DNA of 50,201 nucleotides, counting the filler, from Sphacelaria rigidula (taxonomy: Eukaryota): assembly GCA_964200075.2 (NCBI GenBank). It is 3 parts of 3 records of this genome, joined end to end, with 100 filler letters (N's around TTAATTAATTAA, not from the genome) between each part and the next. Parts side by side here need not be neighbours in the genome. Positions count along the whole stretch, not along the records: positions 1 to 16,669 come from CAXNAA020001282.1; 2 more parts are not named here. One strand, written 5' to 3'. The notes under the pieces were generated by a model. That model searched no databases and was not told where the DNA came from. It worked only from the letters and a program-made list of their open reading frames with translations. A program made the position numbers and the translations under genes. Each line of letters opens with the position of its first letter. Position 1 is the first letter of the stretch. Shown one piece after another: positions 1 through 13,900 of this stretch.

Positions 1-679
1 ATGTATCACTATAACGAACGCTACTGCACTCTCCTAGCTGTTGTCGCTGTGCTTGAGGGGTGATGTGCGGCACTGCACTTTTGAACTCTGCTCGCGCACT
101 GTTGTTTGTTCTCGCAACATCGACTGTACCATCATGTACTACCACATGGAATCATCATATACTGTACTGATGAAGTGTCCTACACGGTATTACCCCTAGG
201 GTATCAAGGTACGACACTGTACTCGAAAGATTGTTTACCGCCTGCCTGTTCTTCGCCTTCATGCACGAGAACGCAGTACCACTCTCATGCAAAAAATGAC
301 CGTCTGTGTACAGAACAGTTTCACAAATCTGTGATACTGTACCGTCTGTGCCATGAAATGGTCTCCCCGACTTTTTCAAAATCGGGGTCCAAAAAATCGG
401 GATTTGTTTCCATAAAAGTGGGTTTGATACGCGATTTGGCTTCACTAGAGCTAAGAAATACATCAAATTTGGGCCAATGTACAAGGGCTGGATGTAGCAT
501 ACGTAGCCGGTAACGGCTACGTATGGTTTGAAACCATTATGCAAAATTCTCATGTAACCATTACCATTGTTGTCATGATGGTGATAATGGCCAGTTATAA
601 CTGGTACTATTTCCAAGCTGTAAATATAGTGGATAATTATAGTGGAGTGTTAGGCTCGAACTTGACAACGTCTGGATGC

Positions 680-1180
680 GGGAAAGGACTGTTGGACGAA
701 CGCATACTAGCGCCGATCGGCGCCCTACAGCAACACTGGCATCGGGCAAACGAGAATCAGACCACCGTCACAAACGAGAGGCTGCTGCGTCGAGGGCCCC
801 ATCGAAGAACTCCGTCTGCTCATTTTGGTCCTTGATTATGCCCTTAGTCGGTGACTGCGATGCCCAGTGGTGTGTGTCTGTATTTACTCTGCTGCCCTGA
901 ATCCCGAGGGCTTGCTCCGTTTTATTCTTTTCTTCCTTCTTTACTCCTTTTTTTTGCTCTGGATCGACAATTTTGTCCTGTGGGTTGCTTTTGTTTGTTT
1001 TCATTTCTCATCCTGTCGTAGTCTACTATGTCGTCCTGTTTGACGTTCGCTGTTCCGTATTTTTCTTCAGCAAGTGATTTTAGTTTTGCTTATTCTTGGG
1101 TTCGTCCATCATGTGACCACGGCCGGATCCTTGCGGGGGTCAGTTAAAGTACGATAACCAATCAATCAAATCAATCAATA
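680..1180 (+). mobile_element. 3' end of a non-LTR retrotransposon (RTE-like) with (AATC)n tail
   Basis: T-rich 3' UTR ending CATGTGACCACGG...GTCAGTTAAAGTACGATAAC, then an (AATC)n tail at ~1160-1180. A related end lies at ~16830-16990. The RTE label is an inference from the microsatellite tail. Confidence 0.55.
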
Positions 1181-3350
1181 ATGCGAGACAGGGGTTTGCA
1201 GTGGGCCATGCGGACCGTGAACGTGCGCAGCTGTGCATCTTCAGAAACGTAGGTAGCTGTGGCCCGTGAGTCGTTTCCTCACGCAGTGCGGTCAAGAAGC
1301 AAGGGCTTAGTTTCTCGCAATCGGGACTGCTCCGGGTCAAATGTGTGATGCGTACACGCAAAGCTCGAAATTCCTCACCATGCCCCTCGGACATGACAAT
1401 ACCCTGGCGTGGCGCAATAATTTGAGGGGGGATTTTGAGGAAAGCATACATGATGGAAACGCATTAATGCCTCTCGTATTTCGTGTACACCAGGAGTGAT
1501 ACTCGGGGCCATGAAATAAGTAATGGAAGAAAGTGCACGGAACTGTCGAGGCCTAAACACGACGTGCTAGACGGTATCTGCATTAATACAGAAGTGAACC
1601 CATAGAAGTTTGCGACTCTCAAGACTACTGTAGAGTAAAACGGAAGACTATGCGGAAGGAGGAGTTGGGTTATTTTATCAAAGAGATAACGAAGCGATCG
1701 AGTGAATTCACGAGCATCAATCGACATTACAGGATAATGAGCTAGGTTGCTGTGAGCGACACGCACGGGAAGTATTGTACCGAGGAAGAATAATTTAAGC
1801 ACCAACAGATACATGGGGGGAAATTTACGCGGGAAGACGGGTCTTGGAAAGCAGCAATAGAAGCAGTAGAACACCTACGTTCCGTCAGACGGACACGAAA
1901 CATTCTACAATATAAAAAATATATGCTAGAGATTGTTGGCCCCGCCGTTGGGTGAGGCCTGGGACTACCAACGCGAGAACATAAACCAGGCAGGGCTCTC
2001 CATCGCCCAGATTATTCCCAGCGTTGAATTACTGCATGTTTGATTTTTTCGTCGTTCCCGAACGAATATGCAAATCCGGCATCGTACCATACCGCGGAAA
2101 TGCAATACGGTAGATTTATATACGACCGTATCACGAATCTCCGGTACCGCGCCGTACCATTTCGTACCACGGATTACGCGTACTTGATTTAATGCACTTC
2201 ATGTGCGAAACAGCGTTTGCTGTACTGTCCCTTGTCTTTAGTCATGTACTGCACTTGAAACGTGCTCAGTATGTAGGGCTGCACTGCAAATACCATACAG
2301 TATGCTGCTGGCGTTTGTGTATTCATGTATTCACTGCATAGCTATGGGCTACGGCTATGCGTACTGCCTGTGCGATTGAACAGCGGTACTGACTGCATCG
2401 TAATGTTGCTGCATCGCACGTTGTGTGATGTCTGTTCTACCATGCTTAGCTTTCCTTCGTGTTGTTTCTGTCTGTGCAGCTGGTTGCACCATTCTCGACG
2501 GGGGCATACTAAGAATCTCCTGTTCCGATGAACTTTGACTTCACCGAGAGCAGTACACATTTCTCACCGATATGGGCGTGGAAGGAACTGCTCGGGAGAG
2601 AACTTCACATCTGATAAAAGTGGTGTTTCTGAAAAATCTCATCAGGAACTGTTGAAGAAAATTCATCTGAAAAATAACTCCCGACCGTTTTTCAAAGAGT
2701 TCATTTACGAATTGAAAAAAGTGGTGTTGAAGTTTTGTTGCATCTTGTGTTTGCCTTTGAGCATCTGGCCGCAGATTTCAGCACAAGATATCTTTGTCGC
2801 ATAAAGCAACAGCAAATGCGCGAAGAAACCTCCCGACGTGCAAGGGAGCAGCCGGCGAGATGATGGAGCATCTTGTTCAGCACAACAGCCTTTGCCCGCC
2901 AAAGCAACTCGTTCCTTGTCCCTGCGGATTACGTTCGGGTGTAGTGACGGCACAGTGGTACTGCAGGAAATGTTTTTCATGTGGAATGACAGAAGCGCTC
3001 GTCTTCGTGTCTGGTTTGGTGAGCTAGGCAATCTTTATGTCTTGCAAATTGTGTTGCAAATTTTGTTCACCATGGTGCTGCATGTATTCATCCATATCTT
3101 TCCTGTACGGTATGTGCGTTATCTCTTGTTTCTCATTTTAGTCTCCACTATCGCACTTGTGAAGGTGCATACGCTACGGCTGTCGGGGTCGCATTCTATT
3201 CATCCACTCCCCATCCATACATGTCATACGAGATGGTGCAGTGCAGCTCAGTACCATGCGGTGCGATGCAATATCGTTGTACATGGGGAACGCCGACAGC
3301 GGCGATTTTTCGCAGTAGGGTACCAAGGTGTTCGATTCCATCATGACTGC

Positions 3351-3571
3351 AAAGGTTTCAAGGGCAGGTCGAGTAGAGTATAGTCAAACGCGGGATATTT
3401 CGAAAGACGTATTTGGGATACTCAAGTTAAGGTAAAGTGTTGGGAGTCGTACCCAAACAAAAGCTGGGAAGCGATTCCTGTAACCCTGCCACCACGTTGT
3501 GTACTTCAAGTACGACTTTCGAAATACCCCGCGATTGAGTATACTCAACTCGACCTATCCTTGAAAGCTTT
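3351..3571. mobile_element. MITE-like element with ~75-bp imperfect terminal inverted repeats
   Basis: 3351-3426 (AAAGGTTTCAAGGGCAGGTCGAGTAGAGTATAGTCAAACGCGGGATATTTCGAAAG...) pairs with the reverse complement of ~3497-3571. Confidence 0.7.
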
Positions 3572-6500
3572 CACACTGTAGATGGGTCGACGCCTTCGCA
3601 ATACATCTCGTGTAAAAGACAGCACATTATCGACTCTTGGTTACTTCTTGCCGGTGTGTGCTCTAATCAAAACTCTTGCAGCCGCACTCTGCATCGTCAA
3701 GGTGGAAGGTGGAAGGTGGAAGTGGAGAGGAATCGTGCCGGCGCACGAGATTTCTCCCCGAACATGGTACAAGCCGTACTGCACCTGCCAGCAGTGGATA
3801 TCTTGAATAAACAGAAAATACGACGTCTTGCGACGATACATGTCAAACACAAATATATTTTTTCATAAGACGTGGGATTGTACGCAGCGGGTCGTTCAAA
3901 TGTTGCTGGAACAAGATATATCGGAGATGTACCGCGGGAAAATGTTGGAGGTGCTATGCATCTGGTACTATGTTGTCAAATAGCACCGGCAAGCCTAGGA
4001 GTGCTATTCATACTTATGTAGTTGCCACATACGTTACGATATGTTGAATGAAACACACGGCATGTAGTGCAAGTAAGTATATTGTAGCTGTTGGCCTATC
4101 CGTATATTGCACGCTCGATATATGTTTTACTCATTTACACACATTGCGCTGACACATATGTTTCTCCTGTACGCTGTGAAATACGTTGCACAGTTATTGG
4201 TGCGCCTGACCCCCCAAAATGAGCCCAAACAGTGTCACCGACCACAAGCAAGAACATACCGGAGATATCGTTCATCCCCTGATTATCTACGCCGTAAATC
4301 CCCAAAAGTACTTGTGATTTGACTGGGGTTTCCACTCGACGTTTTCCCCCTTCGTCGCCCGGACTACCACGGCGTGCCCGGCTACTCACCGGCGTGTATT
4401 TCTCCAAGCTACAATCTGACTGGATGAGTTTACTAAAGAAGTTACGGTGATCGAGAGATCGCACAAACAAATGTTTTTTTACTTCATTCGTTATAAAACT
4501 CGCATCCTGATGATAAAAAAAAAACTCGGGTCAGATTGTAGCTGTCGCCTTGACGCGGATGATGCAGAAACTCGCATCCCAATCGATGGCCTTGGCGATG
4601 AGTAATCGGCCCAGCAGTTTGGGCTATGATCGGAACTAAGCGCCTTTAACCCTCGCCGAAATCCACAAAACGCGAAAACCTCACCCCTGTCCAACGGCCT
4701 TAGAATAGATGACACCCATGAATGACACTCTTGATGGTGCCGATAGTTGATACATCGGATATGTGGAATGTTCGATAGATGTAGAATTTGAACCTTCGAC
4801 CGAGACACCAGAAGCTGTGTCTAGGAGACAATTGCGGCACTGGGCCCGCAGATAGCGGCAAGATTGAAGAGTTGCAAAGTTTCTCGACCGATCAGACTCT
4901 CTAAATACACAGAATGCGGCGACCTTTCTTCAATCAGATGAGAGATATGAGTAGTAGATAGGTCGAAAAGCAGCTTTGATTGGTCCACACATTGCGCCGC
5001 TGCGACACAGACAGCTGCTACCGATAATCAACGAGGATACAGCAGCTCCGTGCTGGCTCAGTTTGTTTGTCCCACCCTGCACGCACCCGCCTGGAGTGTC
5101 TTCCCCGATCACAGCACGCGACTATAATTGATCTACCAGAGAAGACTCAACAGACAGCTGTACAGCCGTCATGTGACGATTGTTTCAACCTTGCTTTGTT
5201 CCGACAGCACCTTGATCCCATCCCAATTTTGTGCAGCCCGAAACACGGCATGCAGTAGTACGCACTCTCAAGTGCACATCGCACCTTGATCGTAGAGTGT
5301 TCAGATGCCCAACAGCACAGCGAGATGGGTTCGGGGAGCGCCACTTTCCTTTGACTCGAGACGAAGCAGCCAACACACCATGAACGTTTCAACGGTGTGT
5401 AGAGAGCACTGCGTGCCGACGACATTATTCTTTATAGAGACGTACGAAATTACAGTATAAAGCAACTCAGGCACTCCCAGCGGAGATCAAACCGTCTCCA
5501 CGAAGGCCTGAAGACGCCACAGCGCAGCGACACCTACAACACACAAGACAGAGCATGAGTGTGTTTGTGCTGCAGCACAGTGGTACAGGGCATGTCTCAT
5601 TCGATACTTTTTTCACTGATTTCAGGTGGGTCCTCGATTTTTGCCCAAAGGCGATTTTCAAACGCTCGGCCATAATCGCGCTTCGCGCGAGAATATTTTA
5701 ATTCACTTTGGGTTACCCCTATCTGTGGGAGGTGAGCCAGATATGCCCCCCTCTGTGCATCGCTCGTGTAAGTGGCAAGAGTAGCACTCGTTCTCCTGCA
5801 CCCGGTGTCATCACTACGCCACCATCGATAGCGTAGCTCAGTATCCAATCTCACCGCGCGGTAAGTATGGGGAAACCCTGAACTGAAAGAGAAACGAAAG
5901 TCACAGAGCAAGCTGGCGTTCAAGAAGAGAAGAGCAACACACTCCAACAGCCGCCAATAACATGATAATGAGTCGCACGAACGAAAGTAAGAATCATCTT
6001 CGCAACATCGCAGCAGCGAAGAGAACAAGTTAGAACACAAACCACAAAGGAGGCATACCGAGAACCCTCGGGCAAGGGGGGTGCAATGTGTTCTCTAGGC
6101 GGAGGGTGCGTTGATAGACCTCAGATCGGCGCCCCAGTTGCTGATTAGACAAAAACGCGTTTTGGGCACGCTAGGCGCATGCTAGGAGCACAGCCGCCAT
6201 GAAAGGTCCGGATTTTGGTTTCCACACTAAGATCAACATGGACCAACTTACCCTCCCGAATGATGAACTATGCTGCGTGAAGACGACACAAAAGGCAGCA
6301 TGACGTCGTCGGCCCACTTTCGCTGAAGCCACATGGCACCGAAGCCCCATTCTTATCTTACAGTGGACCCACCGGTCCAAAGACACGCATATGTTGTACT
6401 GGCACTGGTGGGTGACGGCCGACGGTTTGTTTTCATTCTCTCTTCGAGCACAAGTTTACTTTTCCATCGCGATCACTATTCGATCTCGATCTGCATCGAC

Positions 6501-9500
6501 CACTGCACATGCCCGTGTCATGAGACCGTGTCTTTTCGCGGCGGAGATCTCCGTCGCAACCGCTGCGGCGTATGCGAACGTGTGAAACAGAATCCAACAC
6601 GGTTCATGAGCCTGGGAACCATACTACACCGATGAACAAAACCACATGGAGCTCAAGCTGTAGCCACTGATCAGCGCAGCACGCTCTGCTTTGCTCTGGT
6701 CAAATCGAATCAGATATCGACGAGTAACAGTAGTTTATGTGAGATGCTCGCCAAAAACAACCACATGGGAGGGTCAGCAACGGCACGGTTTCGGTCGAAA
6801 TTGACATGCACGTGGACACCCTTCCTACAACATTGGACTGATCTTATTGAGACGGGTACTGCTGTGTGTGGATGACCACGAGCTAGCGGTGCAGCTAACC
6901 CGTATGAGCAGTGTGTGTCTGTGAATGTCTTTCGGGACTCGATGTATGGCTGTTGTGGTCCTTTGTCGCGCGTTTCCTGTACCAGCACAGACTAGTTCGG
7001 CCAACGACCACTGCTAGAACCGCCGCATGTTTCGAATCTGTGCTCAGATCCGGCTTGCATCTGGGAAAAAAATGTTCTTTTGTTTTGAAGGTGCCTGTAG
7101 CACGTTATCTCGAAGTTGGCCGCCATAGTGTGTGGTGTGGTTGAGGTCATAGGCCGCGCTCATCGTGCAGCGGCACTGCACACGTTTAGCGGACGGCGGC
7201 GACAGTGAGAGTAGACGGGCCCATGTGATGGACAGGGCCATTGCACTCGTTGCAGTACCAATGCGGTACAGTGCACCGCAGCAACGTTGGATACAGCGAA
7301 CAATCCCTGACCGGCTGTTGTGCAAGTCGGGAAAACTTTGAGACATGGATGCGAATGTCAGTCCCTGGCTCACCACAACCACCCTACATCATCATCACGT
7401 TAAACAGCACACCGCCCACCGTACAGACTGTTATTTGTACAGGATGGGTCGTCCACTCGTACAGCCCTGTGCTGCTCGTGTGTAGACTACTTCCTCTCAC
7501 TTCTCCCGTGCCTTGTCTTAGCTAAGCACGCTCAGATTCGCTTCGTTGTGCCGCGACAGATAAGGGGGGTTGGGAAGAAATACCAGCCGTGCACCGAATC
7601 AGCCAAGACATGAACCTGCTCAGTCGGGAAAGGGCGGGGATAAAGGGGCGAAGTACTTACAGCAAAGTAGCCGAGACAGACGAGCGGTGCTATAGCGACA
7701 GTCTACAGCCCCCTTCACACAAACAGCAGCCAGCAGCCAGCAATTTGCTATTCGACTCGATAATGACGTGAGGCGGGAACTGATGTTCCCAATCAGTGAT
7801 GAAGTTTCGCCGTATATGCGCGACTGCTGGTCAGGGACCCGTTGCCATCATCCTCAATGGTGCTGCAGTGCAGCATAGCACTACATATGCACAATGCTAG
7901 CCGGTGGTATGATATACATCGCATGTCACGTCGTCTTTCACCGCCTGAGAGGTCCGCTAAAGGAGTGCAGTACCGCTGCACCACGAGCGCTGCGTATACC
8001 GCATGCAGCGCAGACTGTACCGTTTCATACGTTCGAGAAAGAAGGGGAAATCTGCTAGTATATTGGCATGACAAACCACCCTAGCCCCTTCGATCGCCTA
8101 CCAACGGCAATGATTCATGTCAAACATAAGGGGATGAAACTCGTAAGATAGTCGACGGAATGACAACGGAACCAAAAACACAACTGCCTGAAAGAAAACT
8201 GGCATACATTTCGTTGTCTTTGGACGTATTACGGAAGCACCCCCATGGTACCAGTACGTGCAAATGTTGATGCAACTTCAAAATTGAGCCACCCGTCTCG
8301 GTCGAATATGTGTGTGCTTGACTTGTACAGCCAAAGGGTATTCGTGCACTGGAAGCTTGAATAACTGGGCACCCGCCCCCTCGCCGCCCAGAGGAAATTT
8401 AGTCTGTCGGGCACTCAAAATTTGACATTTCCGAGAACAGCACCGGTCAGTATGCGAGTGATGCACGTATTCCATTGCTTTTTCTTCCATTTTCTCGTGG
8501 GCCGTTTGCTTTCCTTGCGTGACACCAGCTTGTTGCCGTTGATGATGACCGTGAAGTGGAACTCTGGATGCCAACCCCTGAAAAATCCCTTCAACATGCC
8601 ATCCTCGAATGCTAAACATGCTAGTGTCGAGTGAACAAACTAGGACGCACAAGAAAGCCAAGCAGGGGTTGGCATCCACATGCTCCTTTCATGTGCGCGC
8701 GACGCAAACCACGCTACTTACTTGCATCGGCCCATATGTAGTTGGCACAATACATGTCAAACCGCATCTTGCATCATACGATTGTTCGGCCAATACATGC
8801 TGTACCCCTCGGGCTGTCGACATATGTAAGGGAAAATATATACTGCACAAGGAGCTCCGCCGGACAGCGCGGATGCCCCGTCGGCCCCTCTCCGCCTTGC
8901 GTGGGGTGAAGGATCGTTACACTTGAGGGTGTCCAGTGGTGACATCTGAGATCCGCATCCAAGACTTTCAAGGAGTGATTCGGGCAGCGAGGGGTTGATG
9001 GTTCAAGAAGGGGAGCATGCATGCCTGTCCGTGTTCCTTCGGGGGTTAGTGTGTGCGTCGGTATGTTTTTCCGTGGGCTCTCCCGTTGTTTTCCTTGCAC
9101 CACGAACATGCCCAACCGACAACGATTGCAAGAACTGCCCACACGTCTGTCCGCATACCTGGCAGATAAAACATAGACCCAGGGCCTTCAAGGAAAGGCA
9201 TCACACATTATTTTGTTAACGGCCACTACAAGCACCATGGCATCCTTGAACCCGTCAATTATGTGAGCCACGAAAAGATCAGATAGTTTCATTTTGATTT
9301 CGAGTGAGGACGCTGTCCTCAATGGAATCCGAACTCGTCTAGTCTATTTCAATGAGCGAATGAGGCACATAATGAACGGATGCGACCTATGCGTGTAGTC
9401 ACGCTCGGAAAGGTATCCTCGACACCTGCCACACTGCCGTTGCCCGATAGTTCACGACCAGTCTCTCTTTTGTGGAGAGTTCGGGTCAGCATTGCAAACA

Positions 9501-9794
9501 ATTGTTTCCCTTACAAATTGCAATCCAAGGTCGGGTTCATTTCACCACGCTATTCGAATGCTTGGGAATTCGTCTCAATCCGAGATTCCAAGAGGTCAGG
9601 GGTTGAGTAAGTGTTTTCGGTTTCCTCACAAGATGCAGATCAAGATAGGGGCTCGGGATGTTGGCTGATGCCACGCTCAGAGCGACTTCCGAGGTCCATA
9701 ATCTTTATTTCTATGGTTGAAGGGGCTTCGGCGGAGGGGACGATCGCCTGTTCCGCTTCGCGCGCGGGGTGGGCGCGGCGGGTTACACTTGCGG

Positions 9795-10035
9795 GGGGGG
9801 GGGTCCTCATGACCATGCTTGCCATAGCCGTCAGACCATTGACCTCGCATCCCTACAAAGCCGGAACGGAGCACGCCGGGTTTTCGCCGGACCAGGCTCG
9901 CACTCAGTCACCAAGCGCCGTGGTGTGTTCGGCGAGTCGCATGAAGGGTGAGCAGCATCCTGCCAAGATTATTCGACCCGAAGCCTACTCATTACCTGGC
10001 ATTTGGATGACAGCCTGCACTGAGCCGCTTATTTT
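9795..10035 (+). repeat. Dispersed repeat, copy of 49870-50100
   Basis: Shares TTGACCTCGCATCCCTACAAAGC, CCGGACCAGGCTCGCACTCAGTCACCAAG, GTGTTCGGCGAGTCGCATGAA and GCATTTGGATGACAGCCT. A partial, internally duplicated copy lies at ~10310-10380. Confidence 0.9.
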
Positions 10036-10873
10036 TCTGATATCGACACTTCTAGAGACAGCCACGTCTGATACGTTTCTTCATGGGTGTCTCAACATTT
10101 GAACACTACGTAGTGCGACCATCCCCTTTGTGTGGAGTTGAGGTTCTTGCACGTCGCACAACGTGATCTAGCTCGACTACCATCACAGTTACAGCAAATA
10201 AAACGCAAGCGCGCAAACCAAATCGGTAACCTGGTTGCTCAGCTTACGCAGTTAGTGGCGTGTTCTACAGCGACATCGCCATCCGACGCCAACCCCAACG
10301 GGGGTCCGTCCGTACAAAGCCGGGACGGAGCACGCCGGGTTGTCGCCGGACGGAGCACGCCGGGTTGTCGCCGGACCAGACGGGGTACTCCTGGGAGGGT
10401 CTGAAAGCAAAAGATGAGATCCGCTTCTGAGCCGTTGGAAGTGATTTGGGTGGGTAGGAACGAATACAGAGACACGTGGCTGTGTGGCGGGTGTTTTAGA
10501 GTGTTTTCATAGGGGTCGGTCGGTAAGCTCTGTGTTGCTTTGTCGCGTCTTTGCTGCATCAGCGTAAACATTTTTGACTTCTGTTCACTACAAGAACGAT
10601 CAAATTTTTCAAACTGTCTTCAGATGCGGCGGACAAAAGCATCGACCGCTGTTGTTTGTTGTCAACTGAGGTTTACCACCGAGTAACCGACAACGCTTGC
10701 AAAGGCCACCATAATATTCAATCGCTCTGCAGATGCAATGAACAAAGGGAAAACGCTTTATCTTGCTTCCAAGGAAGGAGGTTGAGCACAAACCTTATCT
10801 CAAACTTGCTCCAGTTGTTCCCGCGTGACAGGCCACTTACTCCATTTGAAAGTCCGGTACAGCTGACTCATTT

Positions 10874-10931
10874 GCGTGTGCGTGTGCGTGTGCGTGCGTG
10901 CGTGCGTGCGTGTGTGTGTGTGTGTGTGTGT
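10874..10931. repeat. Compound (GCGT)n/(GT)n microsatellite
   Basis: Seen directly in the sequence. Confidence 0.95.
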
Positions 10932-13900
10932 TACGTGTTTGTACGGGGGTCGGTGTGTACGTGTTGTGTTTCCTTTTCGCGCCCATTTTGCACCAGCGCC
11001 AAGTTGTCGAATGAACTCTCACCTGCTTACCCATAGATATAGTAATGAAAGTGAGGTCAGGCACTAGATTACCAACCATCGCTTCGAAACCACGGCATTT
11101 TCACATCCGTCAGTAGATCTAGAGAACAAAAACATTGCTCTACTTGTTTCCAAGAGAGGATGTTGTACGAATTGGATTCCAGCTTCCTTTTAGCCTGTAT
11201 CAAGTGAGAAATATCGACGCTTGATTTCAAAAAGCGACAAATGCGTGCAGCCACGCTCGAAAAGACATCTTCGACGCTCGGGCACACAGCAACCCCCTAC
11301 GCCAAAGTCCACGGCCTGTCTCCTTTGGGTTGGAGTGACTTTGGGAATCATCGTTTCTCTTACGTGTTTCAAATCAACGTCGGGTTCGCTTCATTATCTC
11401 CCCTTTGACTGCAACTCGCGTCCTCTCCAACTTGAAAATCACGATCGTGGGTAGGGCAGTAAACTTGGCTTCGAAACAACGTCGAAATCAAGGTGAAGGC
11501 TAGGGGTATTCTGTTATGCCACGCTCTGCTGTTTTTGCGAATATTCTTGTGCCAGTGCGCAGATGCTTGGCCAACAACCACACGAAGAATTGTGGTCATC
11601 ATTTCCTGCCTGCAGAAGAATATATCAAAGGAAATTTCGTCTCTTTAACCTCATTTTGAAGGTATCAACCCTTAGACAGCGATCCCCCCGTAAGTGGACT
11701 GAGATGGACTACGCCACATTTGGGGTTCACAGCAACTCCTTCCTCGCTACACGGAAAAGCGTATTTTCATAATCATGTCGATGTTGGGTATTTATGTAGA
11801 AAATAGTGCCGGAGGACTCCTGACCGGTTTTGACCCCCCAGTCTTAATCCGTGCACAGTCAGTACGTGTGATATATGCCTTCGCTAGACACAACGGCAAG
11901 ACACAGCGGCGAGAAGCAGCCAGCGTGCCATCGCTTTCCACTAAACATAGTGCACTGCATACTGCTGATGCCCATGTTCGGTGTTCCACAACAACACTAC
12001 CGACAATGTGAAGCTATGCTAGCAACGCAGGAGAGGTCAGGCAGGCGGCAAGGACCACGAACAAAGCAAAAGGTACGTGTATTCTTGACGTGCCATCTAT
12101 GGTTGAGACCAAAATGAGAAATAAGGCTAGACAACAAAGTGCACATCCTACAGTCCAACCTGTAGGAGAACGAAGTGATCGTTCAGATGGCCGTGATTGG
12201 TCAGAATGGTCCCTTCGTTCCTCTCGGGCCCCGTTCCTGACTTGTGATTTTCTGTGTGAAGCTTCCAAACACACATGGCTGACTCGGTGAGCTTTTCGGC
12301 CGTTTCGCGAACAAGCCCCCACCCACCTGTCAAACACCACCCTGCCCGCTCCCTAGAATCCCCCCGAATGTCCCTGGATTGTCAGCCTGGGAAATTGTTC
12401 CGAGGGTCACGTTTCGCTCCACAGGTTTCAAACTCGCTCCATCGCATTTTAAAGTGCTTTGATTTTTCAAGTGACAAAGTTGAGAGCAGTGAATTCCACA
12501 TTCTCCCCAGTTTTTCTTCGGCGGAGGAGATTTTGGATTTTCTTCCAAAAGCGACAAATGCTGCCGTGTATGTAGAGACGAGAGCAACGGCTTGTGGGGG
12601 TGGAGTTGATGCTCGTGCGGGGGCACTTCTACACCCCCTTCGCGCTCTAACAATAGGGCACTACTCTTGGCTGTTGTTGGGACGAACCATCACTGAAAGC
12701 TCGCCTCAATAGAAAAACGGGAAACAGCGTGAATAACACCGTTCTATTTCAACATTAGCGCGGGATCCCGTTGTCTTGTTCGCATTTTTCACGTGTCCAA
12801 CAGAACATAGCACAGCTTATAATATGACGGCCTCAACATGGCGTTCTAGAACATATTCGAGATCGGTTCATTCTATCGCAGCAATCATCGGCAAGAGGGA
12901 TTTTTTCTGATTGCTCTGCTTTCGTTGCTGGTGGAATCGAGCCTCTGGGCCTCACACTGCACTTCTTGTATGCTTTTCCATCGTACGTTGCAAGTGAGGC
13001 AGATGCCACGTCATTTGATCACCTCTTCGCGATTTTCATGCAGTCGGACAACTCTGTTTTGTGAAAGCCAGCACAACAATGTACAGTCAGTGTTGGATGA
13101 GGGCTATGTACAAACGCGAAGTCAAATAAGGTTCCATATCCTGGCATTTACAAGGTTGGGCAACCTCTGCCGCGTTGCTTCATTTTCAGCATGCATGCAC
13201 TCCCGTAAAACATTTGCGATGGAGATATCATGGCCTGTGCTCTACGCACATCCTTATTGCTTCAAGATACCTCAAAGCAGGAGAGTGCTGCATCTGATGT
13301 GAGCACAGTGTTCTTCAAAACGTAGCTATCCAGACATAGTTTCGACGGGAGTCAGGTCATGTGGTACTCTGAGCAATATTATTTCGGCAAGATATCAACC
13401 ACTAACCAAGGTGTTTCATCGACGAGGTATACGTATAGTAGCATACGCCTTCGGAATACTGTAGAAAGTCGATGATGCAAAGGTTGTATGCGTTGCCTTC
13501 GTGAAGTAGAAAGCTGTGTAGCACGACAAAAGCAGCCCCTCGCAAGGGCACGGAGCTGGTTTTTGCAGGGATCGGAGTGTGAACACTTCAGCAGCGACAC
13601 CTTCCACCCGCTCTCGACCTACACAATCTCAAACCGCTGCGAATTGCCAACCATGCACTGCCCCTCGAATATGTCGTGCATTTCAATCGTTCTAACAATC
13701 GGTCACATTCACCGCGTGTTAGAGTCAGCCCAGATGAGATGGGGGTCAAGTGTGCAGCGGACAGCTCCAAAGCCCGCGATATTTGTCACCATCCACCGAC
13801 ATGCCGAGGCGTTCAAAAAGGTTGAATGAACAAATGAACGACCGGCAGACCGCTGTCAGTTAATTGGTCGTGGGCGTTGAGTATGGTCCACACCCACTTG

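Noticed and set aside
160-230. CTGATGA...GAAA, possible hammerhead ribozyme (also checked ~33350 and ~46520)
   Set aside because: Stem II does not close directly onto GAAA and stems I/III could not be formed.
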